Assembly (NCBI GenBank): GCA_044373795.1
Contig: JBILPR010000001.1
Coordinates: 2,783-66,782, forward strand
Length of the DNA: 64,000 nucleotides
From: Algoriphagus sp.
GTDB taxonomy: Bacteria; Bacteroidota; Bacteroidia; Cytophagales; Cyclobacteriaceae
Direction: 5' to 3'
Shown piece after piece: positions 49,044 through 58,470 of the stretch (position 1 is its first letter; the number at the start of each line of letters is the position of its first letter). Both the position numbers and the translations under genes were made by a program. The notes beneath the pieces are model-generated. The model was given only the letters and a program-made list of their open reading frames with translations, was not told the origin of the DNA and ran no database searches.

Positions 49044-49766
49044 CTACTGTTTTTCAGTCAGAACCGTTTCATCAATAATCAAATCCACGTTTGGATGTAG
49101 CCACAGCATGGAAGCTGGAAATTGAGTGGTGATTTCTCTCGTCAACAATTGCTCAAGCGCTTGTTTTTTTCCTTTTCCGGAAATGAATAGAATGATTCGA
49201 TTTGAATCCATGATATTTCCAATTCCCAGCGTCATTCCAAAAGTAGGGGGATGAGCCAAAGTTTTGATCATTCCATGGTTAAGCGTAGTTGGGGCAAGTT
49301 CCGCCACATGACAATCCAATTGAAGCTTTTCTGTTGGTTCATTCAGTGCAATATGGCCATTGACACCGATGCCCAGTATACAAATATCAATCGGGCCGTT
49401 TTCACTCAATTCCTTTTGAACCCGCAGGCATTCTTCTTTAGGGTCTTCAGCCATCGGATCGATGGTGATGTATCTATCATTCCCGATATCTAACGGTTTG
49501 ATAAATTTTTCCTGCACATCGTACTCAGAGGAAAATGTGGATCCTTCCTCCAAACCACCCCATTCATCCAATTTGATGACCCTCAATTCGCTGAAAAAAT
49601 TAGCATCGAACCTGAAATTTTTTACCATTTCCTGATAAAGTCCGGTCGGTGATCCGCCACTCGCTACGCAAAAAAGTAAATCAGATTTTCGTTCGATTTC
49701 TCTCATGACAATCTCGGCGCCTTGCTGACTCATCGCCTCGTAGTTTTTGCAGTAATGGATATTCAT
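49044..49766 (-). CDS. glucosamine/galactosamine-6-phosphate isomerase family protein
   Basis: ASGGSPTG, KLDEW, LGIGVNGHIALNEP, TLGIGNI, FPASML; ATG 49766 preferred. Confidence 0.88.
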   Translation of the reverse strand: MNIHYCKNYEAMSQQGAEIVMREIERKSDLLFCVASGGSPTGLYQEMVKNFRFDANFFSELRVIKLDEWGGLEEGSTFSSEYDVQEKFIKPLDIGNDRYITIDPMAEDPKEECLRVQKELSENGPIDICILGIGVNGHIALNEPTEKLQLDCHVAELAPTTLNHGMIKTLAHPPTFGMTLGIGNIMDSNRIILFISGKGKKQALEQLLTREITTQFPASMLWLHPNVDLIIDETVLTEKQ

Positions 49767-49964
49767 GGTTTTTTCGAATTGCGTACAAGTTAGCAAAAAG
49801 GAAAACTTAAGAAAACCTTACTTCCACCACCACACCCAAAATGATTCGGGAATGGTAATTGTCAATTTAATCGGGGCAGTGAAATGAAAAAATCGATTTT
49901 TCAGGTTGAAGAGAGATTTTCTCAATTCCTCTGAAAGCATAGATCGAAAAATCCGATTCAACTT

Positions 49965-50675
49965 ATGGGAGAAAAACAAAAGATCGAAATATTCAACTGG
50001 GAACGGATACTGATGGGCGAAGAGCTTCCACACACTTTCCTTCTGGAAGTAATTTTCAGATCTGTGACCATGTTCATGGTCCTGATTTTTGTGCTTCGAC
50101 TTTCCGGAAAGAGGGGGATTAAACAACTTTCAATTTTCGAGTTGGCAATCATTATCAGTTTGGGATCTGCAGCAGGTGACCCGATGTTTTACCCTGAGAT
50201 TGGTTTATTGCCTGCCATCGCAGTGTTTTTGGTGGTGATCACGCTATACAAAACCATTACGTATATCTCCGGAAGGGTGGAAAAAGTCGAGGAATTTATC
50301 GAAGGAAAGCCATTGAAACTTCTGGAGGACGGTGTAATCGTTTATGAGAATTTCAAAAATGAGTCCTTGGCTTATGATGAATTATTTTCAGAATTGCGAC
50401 TCAATAACGTGGATCAATTGGGTCAGGTGAAAAAGGCATTTCTGGAAACTTCAGGTGAGTTAAGTGTATTTTTCTTTCCCGATGAGGAAGTCAAATGGGG
50501 TTTGCCCATTCAGCCTGATATTTTTAATCAAACTGAAAAGCTGATCTTAAAAGCCGGAGTGTATGCATGTTCCCATTGCGGATTGGTAAAAACGATCACA
50601 TCAAGCGAATTAATTTGCCCAACCTGTTCGAAAAAATCTTGGATTGAAGCTTGGAAAAACAAACGGATTGTCTAG
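49965..50675 (+). CDS. DUF421 (YetF) membrane protein with C-terminal Cys cluster
   Basis: GKRGIKQLSIFE, EGKP, LETSGELS; CSHC...CPTC. Confidence 0.88.
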   Translation: MGEKQKIEIFNWERILMGEELPHTFLLEVIFRSVTMFMVLIFVLRLSGKRGIKQLSIFELAIIISLGSAAGDPMFYPEIGLLPAIAVFLVVITLYKTITYISGRVEKVEEFIEGKPLKLLEDGVIVYENFKNESLAYDELFSELRLNNVDQLGQVKKAFLETSGELSVFFFPDEEVKWGLPIQPDIFNQTEKLILKAGVYACSHCGLVKTITSSELICPTCSKKSWIEAWKNKRIV

Positions 50676-50794
50676 AAATCAAGAATAAAATTCCTACTTA
50701 TAATCAACTTTCACTTTGATGAGGTTGAATTAAAATGGCTCTCCAACAATAATTGGAGAGCCATTTTAATTAATTAACCGCTAATAAAATCCAA

Positions 50795-51343
50795 TCAATA
50801 CCAGGCAGGTTGACCCGGCTTCAAATCCAGACAACCATCGTACAATCCTGGAATTGGGTCATATCGGAGCGCTTTTGTTACACCGACTTCGGAGGTGAAA
50901 AATCCCCAAATCGTAAGCTGCTTCATCAACATGAAAAAATGCGGAGCATCATTTTCACTTTTTGTTTTCGCCACCTCATCAAATCCATTTAAAATCTCCA
51001 AACGCTGAGTGCCGGAAAGCTTTAGAAAAGAGTTTTTGAATTGTTGATCGGCTTGTTCCTCCACCATAATTAAACCGGTTTTAAAAATCCCTTGCTCCTT
51101 TTTTGAATAGCAATCACGAACGATCTTTTGCATGAATTCTGCGATTTTGGAAGCTTTTGCTCCGGGTGATTTGGAGGTTTCAGGCAGGATCGTTTCACCG
51201 ATTTCATCGAGTATTTTCATTTCCTCTGACGAAAAAAAGGTGATTTTATAATCTGTCGTACACCCGGCCAAAAAAGCCTCTGCTCCGATGAGCGTCCCGC
51301 CAAAAAGGGACGCCACCCATTTGATTGCTTCTCTTCTTTCCAT
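50795..51343 (-). CDS. gluconate 2-dehydrogenase subunit 3 family (Tat-like small subunit)
   Basis: MERREAIK twin-Arg, ETILPET..PGAK, KQLTIWGFFTSEVG, PIPGLYDGC; ATG 51343. Confidence 0.88.
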   Translation of the reverse strand: MERREAIKWVASLFGGTLIGAEAFLAGCTTDYKITFFSSEEMKILDEIGETILPETSKSPGAKASKIAEFMQKIVRDCYSKKEQGIFKTGLIMVEEQADQQFKNSFLKLSGTQRLEILNGFDEVAKTKSENDAPHFFMLMKQLTIWGFFTSEVGVTKALRYDPIPGLYDGCLDLKPGQPAWY

Positions 51344-51344
51344 G

Positions 51345-52423
51345 CTATTTTTTCCAAAGTTTATAAGGCCTGTCCACATCTGAGTGAAAAGGCAGATATA
51401 CTTTTTTCCCCGTCCCAGCAGACTCTTAGGCCGCCAGAATCACCTCCAAAACAGCTCTTCCGTCTTCCCCGGTGACCAATGGCGTTTTATCATTTTTCAC
51501 GCAGTCAACAAAGTGCTCAAATTCCTGCGGAAAGCCATAATTCCAAATTTCTTCGTACATGGTAAAGCTCCAGCCAACTGTATTTCCTGCTTTTTCGACA
51601 GCATATCCGACTCCCTTAGCACTCTAAGTCTGAATTGAATTTCCCTGTAAAACATCTGCATAAGCTACCCCTTCGGAACCATGAATTTCAGAGCAATCAT
51701 CCATTCCACCGAGCTTGGTCCACCTTTCTTCCGCCAATGCCGTCACTCCGTTTTCAAATTCCAAAATGAGAATGGAATTATCCTCTCCTATTGTTTTATC
51801 AGTATGCGCGCTGGTAATCATTTGGGCATAGACTGATTTGACGGGGTTTTTGGAATTTAGCCAGCGGAAAAACTGGATGGCATGGCAACCCATATCCATC
51901 GTCACTCCACCGCCTGATCGCTCCACATCCCAAAAATGATCCGCATGAGGACCGTCATGCTTTTCGGATTGCTTGAACAAAACTGGTTTCCCCAAAGCAC
52001 CCTCATCCAGTAATGCTTTCAGCCGAACGTACTTGGGAGTAAAACAAAGTTCCTCAGCATACATCAATTTGACATTTGCCTTTTTGCAAGCCTCAATCAT
52101 CCTGTCCGCTTCTGCAAGATTCAGGCAAAGAGGTTTTTCTATTACGATATGTTTACCTGCAGCGGCTATTTTCTCAGTCATTTCACAATGAAGGTAATTC
52201 GGTACGCCGATCACCCCATGTCAATTTCCGGCATTGCCAGCAATTGATCGAGATCGGTGAAGGCATTGGGAATATGGAATTGTTTTGCAAAAGCCACCAC
52301 ATGCTCTTTATTCGGAGACATCACAGCGATGATTTCCGCATCGGAAACGCGCTTCAGCGATTCTGCATGGATGGTGGAGATAAATTGAGAACCAATCAAT
52401 CCGACTCCTACTTTTTTGTTCAT
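51345..52423 (-). pseudogene. Gfo/Idh/MocA oxidoreductase pseudogene
   Basis: GLIGSQF, EKP, YAEELCF, DMGCH. Frameshift at about 52214-52217; in-frame stops at 51624-51626 (TAG) and 51426-51428 (TAA); frame continues to a natural stop at 51345-51347. Confidence 0.88.
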
Positions 52424-52442
52424 GGTTTCCTGGGTTTAAAAC

Positions 52443-54134
52443 TTAAAGCTTCCCTTCCTTGACTTGTTCCGCTGCGAAATTTGCAGCTCTGGCGGTAAGT
52501 GCCATGTACAGAATCGAAGGGCTTTGATTTCCGGTACTAGTCATGCAAGCTCCATCCGTTACAAAGACATTTTTGCAAAGATGAAGTTGGTTGAATTCGT
52601 TTAAAAGAGAATTTTCAGGGGATTTTCCCATTCTCACTCCTCCCATTTCGTGAATATCCAAACCTGGAGCCTGCTTGTTGTCCCAGGAAATAATATCCGT
52701 ACAGCCGAATTTATCCAGCATGGTTTCTGCTTCTTTCCGGAAATCTATTATCATTTTTTCGTCATTTTCGGTATAACCGACATTGGTCACCAGCAAGGGA
52801 ATTCCCCATTGGTCTTTTTCATTTTCACTCAAATACACCTGATTGGTTTCCTGTGGAATAGTCTCTCCCTGCATGTACATATTTATTCTCCAATCTCCGG
52901 GTTCGCTCAGTTTATCTTTAAATTCCCCTCCCAAAGTCGGAGTACCTTCCTGAACCGTATTCGCCCTCTCCCGATAAGCACTGGTGAAAATGGTATATCC
53001 GCCAAAAAAGTCCATTTCCTGTTTATTCAGATTTCGGAAATTGGCAATGATGGCCTCAGATGGATTACGCCCTTTGAAGTATTTGCTTTCGAAGCCTGAT
53101 ATTTTTCCATTCGCTCCTGACCGATAAATATGGAAGCAAATGTACTTTCCGAGCAAGCCATTGTCATTCCCCAATCCATTTGGAAATCGATCCGATTTGG
53201 AATTCAAGAGGATGAGGTTGCTATTCAGGGCTGAAGCATTCAGAAAAATGATTTTCGCAGAGAATACAAACTCCTCTTTGGTGAGCGCATCAATCACTTT
53301 CACTCCAGAAGCTTTGCCTGTATCCTCATCATAAATAATCGAATGAACCACAGAATACGGTCTGATCGTCAGATTGCCTGTTTTCTCCGCCCAAGGAAGC
53401 GTGGATGAATTGGAAGAAAAATACCCGCCAAACGGACACCCGCGCATGCAGAGATTTCTTGCCTGACATTTTCCACGACCTTGCTGCAAGTGAATTTCCC
53501 GCGGCTCGGTAATGTGTGCCCATCTTCCCTGCACCAGATGACGATCCCCAAATTCTTTCTTGAGCGTGTCCTGCATGTGTTGCTCCACACAATTCAATTG
53601 AAACGGAAGGAGAAAATCTCCGTCAGGCATAGCTTCTATCCCGTCTTCATTTCCGCAAACTCCCACGAAATTTTCCACATGGGAATACCATGGCGCGATG
53701 TCTTCGTAACCAATTGGCCATTCGATGCCATACCCGGTTTTTGCCGGTGATTTGAATTCTGAATCAGACCATCGCTGACAAGCCCTTCCCCAAGTGAGAG
53801 ATTTCCCCCCAACCTGATAGCCACGAATCCAATCAAATGGTTTTTGCTGGACGTAGGGATGATCTTTGTCTTCAATGAAAAAATGGGCTGTGTCTGCCCC
53901 AAAACCGGCAGCTTTTGAAATGAGCGGATTCTCATCGATAAAACTCTTGGGCATTCTTCCCCGATATTCAAAATCCCAGGGATTCATCGTCGCAGTCGGG
54001 TAATCTTTGAGATGATTTACATTTCTTCCCCGCTCCAAAACAAGGGTTTTCAAACCTTTTTCGCAGAGTTCTTTTGCAGCCCAACCACCGGATATGCCAG
54101 AACCGATCACTATTGCATCAAATTGTTCTTCCAT
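52443..54134 (-). CDS. GMC family FAD oxidoreductase
   Basis: DAIVIGSGISGGWAAKEL, VGGKSLTWGR, CMRGCP, HEMGGVRMG, PSILYMALTARA. Confidence 0.93.
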   Translation of the reverse strand: MEEQFDAIVIGSGISGGWAAKELCEKGLKTLVLERGRNVNHLKDYPTATMNPWDFEYRGRMPKSFIDENPLISKAAGFGADTAHFFIEDKDHPYVQQKPFDWIRGYQVGGKSLTWGRACQRWSDSEFKSPAKTGYGIEWPIGYEDIAPWYSHVENFVGVCGNEDGIEAMPDGDFLLPFQLNCVEQHMQDTLKKEFGDRHLVQGRWAHITEPREIHLQQGRGKCQARNLCMRGCPFGGYFSSNSSTLPWAEKTGNLTIRPYSVVHSIIYDEDTGKASGVKVIDALTKEEFVFSAKIIFLNASALNSNLILLNSKSDRFPNGLGNDNGLLGKYICFHIYRSGANGKISGFESKYFKGRNPSEAIIANFRNLNKQEMDFFGGYTIFTSAYRERANTVQEGTPTLGGEFKDKLSEPGDWRINMYMQGETIPQETNQVYLSENEKDQWGIPLLVTNVGYTENDEKMIIDFRKEAETMLDKFGCTDIISWDNKQAPGLDIHEMGGVRMGKSPENSLLNEFNQLHLCKNVFVTDGACMTSTGNQSPSILYMALTARAANFAAEQVKEGKL

Positions 54135-54180
54135 TTTTTGGGTTTATTGAATTGGGTCTGTCTGTGATTGAGAGAAAAGG

Positions 54181-54222
54181 GATTAGAGATAGGAGATTTC
54201 TGATTTCAGATTTCAGATTTTT
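54181..54222. repeat. heptamer tandem run (GATNNNN x6)
   Basis: gattaga gatagga gatttct gatttca gatttca gattttt. Confidence 0.7.
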
Positions 54223-54243
54223 GGAAACCCACAATAGACAACC

Positions 54244-54278
54244 GAGTTATGGACTATCGGCTATGGTCTAACAGCTAA
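54244..54278. repeat. heptamer tandem run
   Basis: gagttat ggactat cggctat ggtctaa cagctaa. Confidence 0.55.
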
Positions 54279-54281
54279 GGT

Positions 54282-55775
54282 TTATCCCACTTTCTTCGAA
54301 AAAACATTCCCAAACCGATCCTTTGCTTCGACCACCAAATTCTCTGTGGACTTTGGTTGGAAGAAGAACATATGGTCGTTCAGCTGTGGCTCAACCCACT
54401 GACGTCTTGCGGGCAATTCGGGTCCTGTATGGAGCTCGACACTCCATGGATCCAAGGCCACAATTTTCTCAGGACTGCCGGATTTTACCCCATTTTCGTA
54501 CCAGGACAATTCCCAAGCCGGGTCATAATTCCAGCAGTTTAGTGACATATGATCCGGATGATCTTTTTGATAGCCTTTGGCATAAACTCTGAATTGATCT
54601 TCCAACGGCGTTTCAGATCCTTTGTATTTCCATTTCAATTCGCTTCCTCTTGCTTCGTAAATGGCGTATCCGTTTGGAGTTCCGTCAAAACAAATCGGTC
54701 CAGACCACCACGCGCCGCAGACTGTTCCGTGGCAATGCTCGTAGATATTTCCGGAGATCATATTGTCATTAAAATGGGTGTGACCGGATAGCAAATGTGC
54801 ATTGTATCCTTCGAGCAATTTGTAGAGATGCTCGCGATTGCTGACCGTTCCGCCAAGTGTGTCTCGCTGCGGATATCGGTTTACCGCTCCGGTGAATGAT
54901 GGTATATGAAGGGAAACCACAACCGTTTTTCCCTTTTCCACCAATTTCAAATCCTGCTCAAGCCAGGCTAATTGTTCCTCGCTGATATATCCGATGTATT
55001 TGTTTGTATTTCCCAGGTAAAAGACATCATCAAGGACAACGTAGTGAATTTCTCCGCGATTCCAAGAATAATAGGTTGGGCCAAATAGGCTGTTAAACGT
55101 CTGATTACTCCATGCATCGGATCGTACTCCGAAGTCCATATCATGATTTCCTATCACCTGAAAGAAAGGAATCCCGGTACTTTGAACTCCCTGATTGTAT
55201 TCTTTGAAAAGCGCGAGATCATCAAAAACCAAATCTCCGCAACCAATTCCAAACAAGTTCGGGTCTCCGATAGATTTGATCGTCTTCTGAACATCCGGAA
55301 AAGCGACTGTCAGCATCAAATTGGCTTCGTATTCATTTTGAATCTGTGTATCCGAAAGCAGGAGGAAATGATGGTTCTCATCGCTTTGAACCGTTCGGGT
55401 AAGTTCGAATGAAATGTTTTGCTCTGCTTTTGTTTTATCGATCAACTGGAAAAAATCAGCCGAGCCATTCGTTTGTTTTTTAAACTCAAAACCTGAAGGC
55501 GTCGAAACAAAAACAAACTGCCGATCGGTTGCTGTATGCAATTCAAATTCCCCTGAGGAATTGGTTTGCACGACTGATCTTCCATCAGAAACAACTGCCC
55601 GAAACACACCCTGTCCACCGACATGAACTCTTCCCCGAACTCTGATTGGGCTGAAAACAGTAGGTACAGTCTGCAAAGGCCTCCCATGAATATCAGCTAA
55701 AACTGAATCTCCCAGTCCAAGAAATCCGGCGGAGGTGAGACCAAGGGCTTTGATAAATTCTCTTCTTTTAAACAT
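54282..55775 (-). CDS. Tat-exported calcineurin-like metallophosphoesterase
   Basis: KRREFIK Tat signal; DTQ, GDLV, GNHD, HIP, SGHTH. Confidence 0.9.
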   Translation of the reverse strand: MFKRREFIKALGLTSAGFLGLGDSVLADIHGRPLQTVPTVFSPIRVRGRVHVGGQGVFRAVVSDGRSVVQTNSSGEFELHTATDRQFVFVSTPSGFEFKKQTNGSADFFQLIDKTKAEQNISFELTRTVQSDENHHFLLLSDTQIQNEYEANLMLTVAFPDVQKTIKSIGDPNLFGIGCGDLVFDDLALFKEYNQGVQSTGIPFFQVIGNHDMDFGVRSDAWSNQTFNSLFGPTYYSWNRGEIHYVVLDDVFYLGNTNKYIGYISEEQLAWLEQDLKLVEKGKTVVVSLHIPSFTGAVNRYPQRDTLGGTVSNREHLYKLLEGYNAHLLSGHTHFNDNMISGNIYEHCHGTVCGAWWSGPICFDGTPNGYAIYEARGSELKWKYKGSETPLEDQFRVYAKGYQKDHPDHMSLNCWNYDPAWELSWYENGVKSGSPEKIVALDPWSVELHTGPELPARRQWVEPQLNDHMFFFQPKSTENLVVEAKDRFGNVFSKKVG

Positions 55776-55779
55776 GGTG

Positions 55780-55814
55780 GTTTTCGGTTATCTGTTGTGA
55801 GTTGTCAGTTTTTT
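55780..55814. repeat. heptamer tandem run (GTTNNNN x5)
   Basis: gttttcg gttatct gttgtga gttgtca gtttttt. Confidence 0.55.
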
Positions 55815-55830
55815 TTGGTTCTCAGGTGTT

Positions 55831-56856
55831 TCAAAGGTTGAAACGAACTACCTGAGTGGCTAGGATTACTCCATTTTCTCCTTTGATTTGAAAAGTAACT
55901 TCCTGCTTTTTCCAATCTATAAGGGCAAGTCCGTAATTGAGTTTGGCAATCAATTCTCCTATTCTGAATTGGTTTGGTTCCGGTGAGATTTCGCTCCAGG
56001 TATGAGTGAGCCCGCTGGAAGTGATCTCATAGAGACCATTTGGAAATCGCGAATCCGTCAATTTCATCACTTCGGCAATATGTCTGTCACCGCTTAGCAG
56101 AACTGGAGTTTTTGCTCCTGATTTCGCGATCAGATCCAGTAATCTTTCTCTTTCCTTCGGAAAATTCGCCCATTTCTCGTAGGCATGCTCGGTCGGCAAA
56201 ATCTGAACACCGCTTGAAATAAGATTAACCTTTGCGGGGCTGTTTTTCAATTCCTCTTCCAACCATTTCCATTGGGCTTCTCCCAAAACTTCTCCGTTTT
56301 GGTTGAGCTGATATACCTTGTCGATTCGCTCCAGCGTGTCCCTGAAATACCGTCCATCAAGCAAAATTATCTTGACCAGATTGTCACCGCTTCCTATCAG
56401 ATGGCTCGAATAAGCTCCTTCTCTCTTCCGCTCAGGGGCATTTTCAGGTACTTCCAAAAAGTCAAACATGAGATCTCGGGATTCTTTCTTCTGAGCAAAA
56501 TGCTTTCCTCCATCGTTGATTCCGTAGTCGTGATCATCCCAAACCCCGATAATTGGAGTCTTTGCTTTCAAAGCCTGATAATCCGAAACCTGATTTTGCA
56601 ATTCATATTTCGAACTAAGCGTATCCATATTCGGTGTATCACCATAGATATTATCCCCCATCCAGATCCAAAGGTCCGGCTGATCTGAAACTATAGGTTG
56701 CCAAAGTGGCTGTGGTCGATTCTGCCTGTTGCAGGATCCAAAAGCAATGACGTCAACTGATTCACCGGAACCGGAAACAGATTTTTCTACAGGCTTACAG
56801 GAAATTAAGGATGTTAGAATCAGGAAAGAAAAAAGCGTGAAGCGGATGAATTTCAT
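55831..56856 (-). CDS. phoD: PhoD family alkaline phosphatase (lipoprotein)
   Basis: FGSCN, WMGDNIYGD, WDDHDYG, LDGRYFRD, LSGDRH; lipobox LISC. Confidence 0.9.
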   Translation of the reverse strand: MKFIRFTLFSFLILTSLISCKPVEKSVSGSGESVDVIAFGSCNRQNRPQPLWQPIVSDQPDLWIWMGDNIYGDTPNMDTLSSKYELQNQVSDYQALKAKTPIIGVWDDHDYGINDGGKHFAQKKESRDLMFDFLEVPENAPERKREGAYSSHLIGSGDNLVKIILLDGRYFRDTLERIDKVYQLNQNGEVLGEAQWKWLEEELKNSPAKVNLISSGVQILPTEHAYEKWANFPKERERLLDLIAKSGAKTPVLLSGDRHIAEVMKLTDSRFPNGLYEITSSGLTHTWSEISPEPNQFRIGELIAKLNYGLALIDWKKQEVTFQIKGENGVILATQVVRFNL

Positions 56857-57115
56857 ATATGGGTGGATATTTTATAAAAATGGAAATAAACTGATAAAGA
56901 CACCTTCCCTTTGGTCAAAATTCTCAATTTCTTAACCTCTGGATCGAATCCTTAATCTACGAATCAATGATTTCGCGAATTGCAATCGAATCAATTCACT
57001 TTGGACTTAAAGAAGTTTTGACCATTTTTGGCGCCATTTTGGATTGGAAATAAATCCAGATCAGTCTTTGTAGTCCGACAATTTCCCAAGCCCTAAAAAA
57101 AACAACTACTACTAA

Positions 57116-57967
57116 ATGAAACCACTATTAATTATCTGGGCATTGTGCATGCCTTATCTCGCCTTTTCACAACAGGACAAAGGCTTCCAGCAATCCCCAA
57201 CCGGTTTGAAATACCAGTTTTTCAAGGATGAACCGGGAAGACTTGCGGCGGTGGACGATGTCATCAAAATTAATTTCAAAATGATGACCGATAAGGATTC
57301 CGTACTAAGAGATACCTGGAAGGAAGAAGGAGCAAAAATTTCACAAGCGCCGGAGCCTATATTTCCGGGAAGCCCGGAAGAAGCATTCCTGATGATGTCT
57401 GCAGGCGACAGCGCTGCTTTCCTGATCAGCGCCGATTCTTTGTTTGAAAAAGCTATTCAGCAACCTATGCCTGACTACATCGCAAAAGGAAGCTTTTTGA
57501 AGTTTATCATCAAGATGGAAGGCTTGTACACCATGGAAGAATTCGAAGCAGAAATGAATAAAGAAGCAGCCGCAATTGTAGAAAAAGAAGATGCAAGTAT
57601 TCAGGAATATCTCACTTCAAAAAACCTGGTTGGGGTAAAACAGCCTTCCGGATTGTATTATGTCCAACAAACCCCAGGAACAGGATTAAAGGCCGAGCTA
57701 GGCAAAACAGTTTCAGTTCACTACACTGGCAAGTTATTGGACGGATTCGAGTTCGACAGCTCCTTGGATCGAGGTCCGTTTGACTTTAATTTGGGACAGG
57801 GTCAGGTGATTGCTGGTTGGGATGAAGGTGTAGCAATGATGAGCGTCGGAGAAAAAGGGTTTTTCATTCTTCCTTCCGGCTTGGCATACGGAGCCAGAGG
57901 AGCCGGGCGAGACATTCCTCCATACAGCATTCTGATTTTTGAAATTGAATTGCTTGATATGAAATAA
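57116..57967 (+). CDS. FKBP-type peptidyl-prolyl isomerase (two FKBP domains)
   Basis: VSVHYTGKLLDG..FDSS, VIAGWDEG, LAYG, IPPYSILIFEIEL. Confidence 0.95.
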   Translation: MKPLLIIWALCMPYLAFSQQDKGFQQSPTGLKYQFFKDEPGRLAAVDDVIKINFKMMTDKDSVLRDTWKEEGAKISQAPEPIFPGSPEEAFLMMSAGDSAAFLISADSLFEKAIQQPMPDYIAKGSFLKFIIKMEGLYTMEEFEAEMNKEAAAIVEKEDASIQEYLTSKNLVGVKQPSGLYYVQQTPGTGLKAELGKTVSVHYTGKLLDGFEFDSSLDRGPFDFNLGQGQVIAGWDEGVAMMSVGEKGFFILPSGLAYGARGAGRDIPPYSILIFEIELLDMK

Positions 57968-58085
57968 AAGTCTGATAATCGCAAGTTTGATTGTAGTTAC
58001 AAAAGGTCTGATATTGAAAAGGATAATCGTCCTCAGTCAACAGACCAAGTCGCGCACAATTGAACTTCAAGCCTCGTTTGATTTT
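57967..58085. ncRNA. candidate structured RNA (rod with central bubble, 6S-like architecture)
   Basis: Nested stems AAAGTC/GATTTT, AAGTTT/GAACTT, ATTGT/ACAAT, GGTCTG/CAGACC, TTGA/TCAA, AGGA/TCCT. Confidence 0.35.
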
Positions 58086-58119
58086 GTACTTGCCAAAAGG
58101 GGATATTTATTATTGAAAA

Positions 58120-58159
58120 GAAGGGGAAAGCTGCGATTGAGCTTTCCCCTTCCTTTTTT
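58120..58159 (+). terminator. intrinsic terminator
   Basis: gaaggggaaagc...gctttccccttc followed by cttttttg. Confidence 0.85.
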
Positions 58160-58470
58160 GATCTGAGTTTTGACTTGCGTCAACAGAGGGAATCAAGGCA
58201 AGCTCTTTTGTTATTAATCCAATATTTTTTAAACTTAAGGTAAGTTTTTGGCCTGAATCCAGGTTAATGACACCGGTCCTATTTGCTCTATCAGCAGGTT
58301 TTAACTCGAATACTTTTTTTAAAATCTTTTTACTTAAAACCCATAAATCCAATGGTTTCACACTACATCCTCACCAATCTCAAAGCGACTAGGAGCGAAA
58401 GTGCCAGGTACATTTCCGTCAACGAAAAGGAATTCATGCATATGGATGGGCTTTACAAAGGAATAAAGCC

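Noticed and set aside
51426-51626. Stop-codon reassignment or readthrough explaining the in-frame TAG/TAA
   Set aside because: TAG and TAA terminate many normal genes here, and a frameshift co-occurs, so pseudogenisation is simpler.
56945-56995. CGAATC repeats upstream of phoD as a Pho box
   Set aside because: Irregular spacing (15, 16, 11 nt) does not fit a regular direct-repeat operator.
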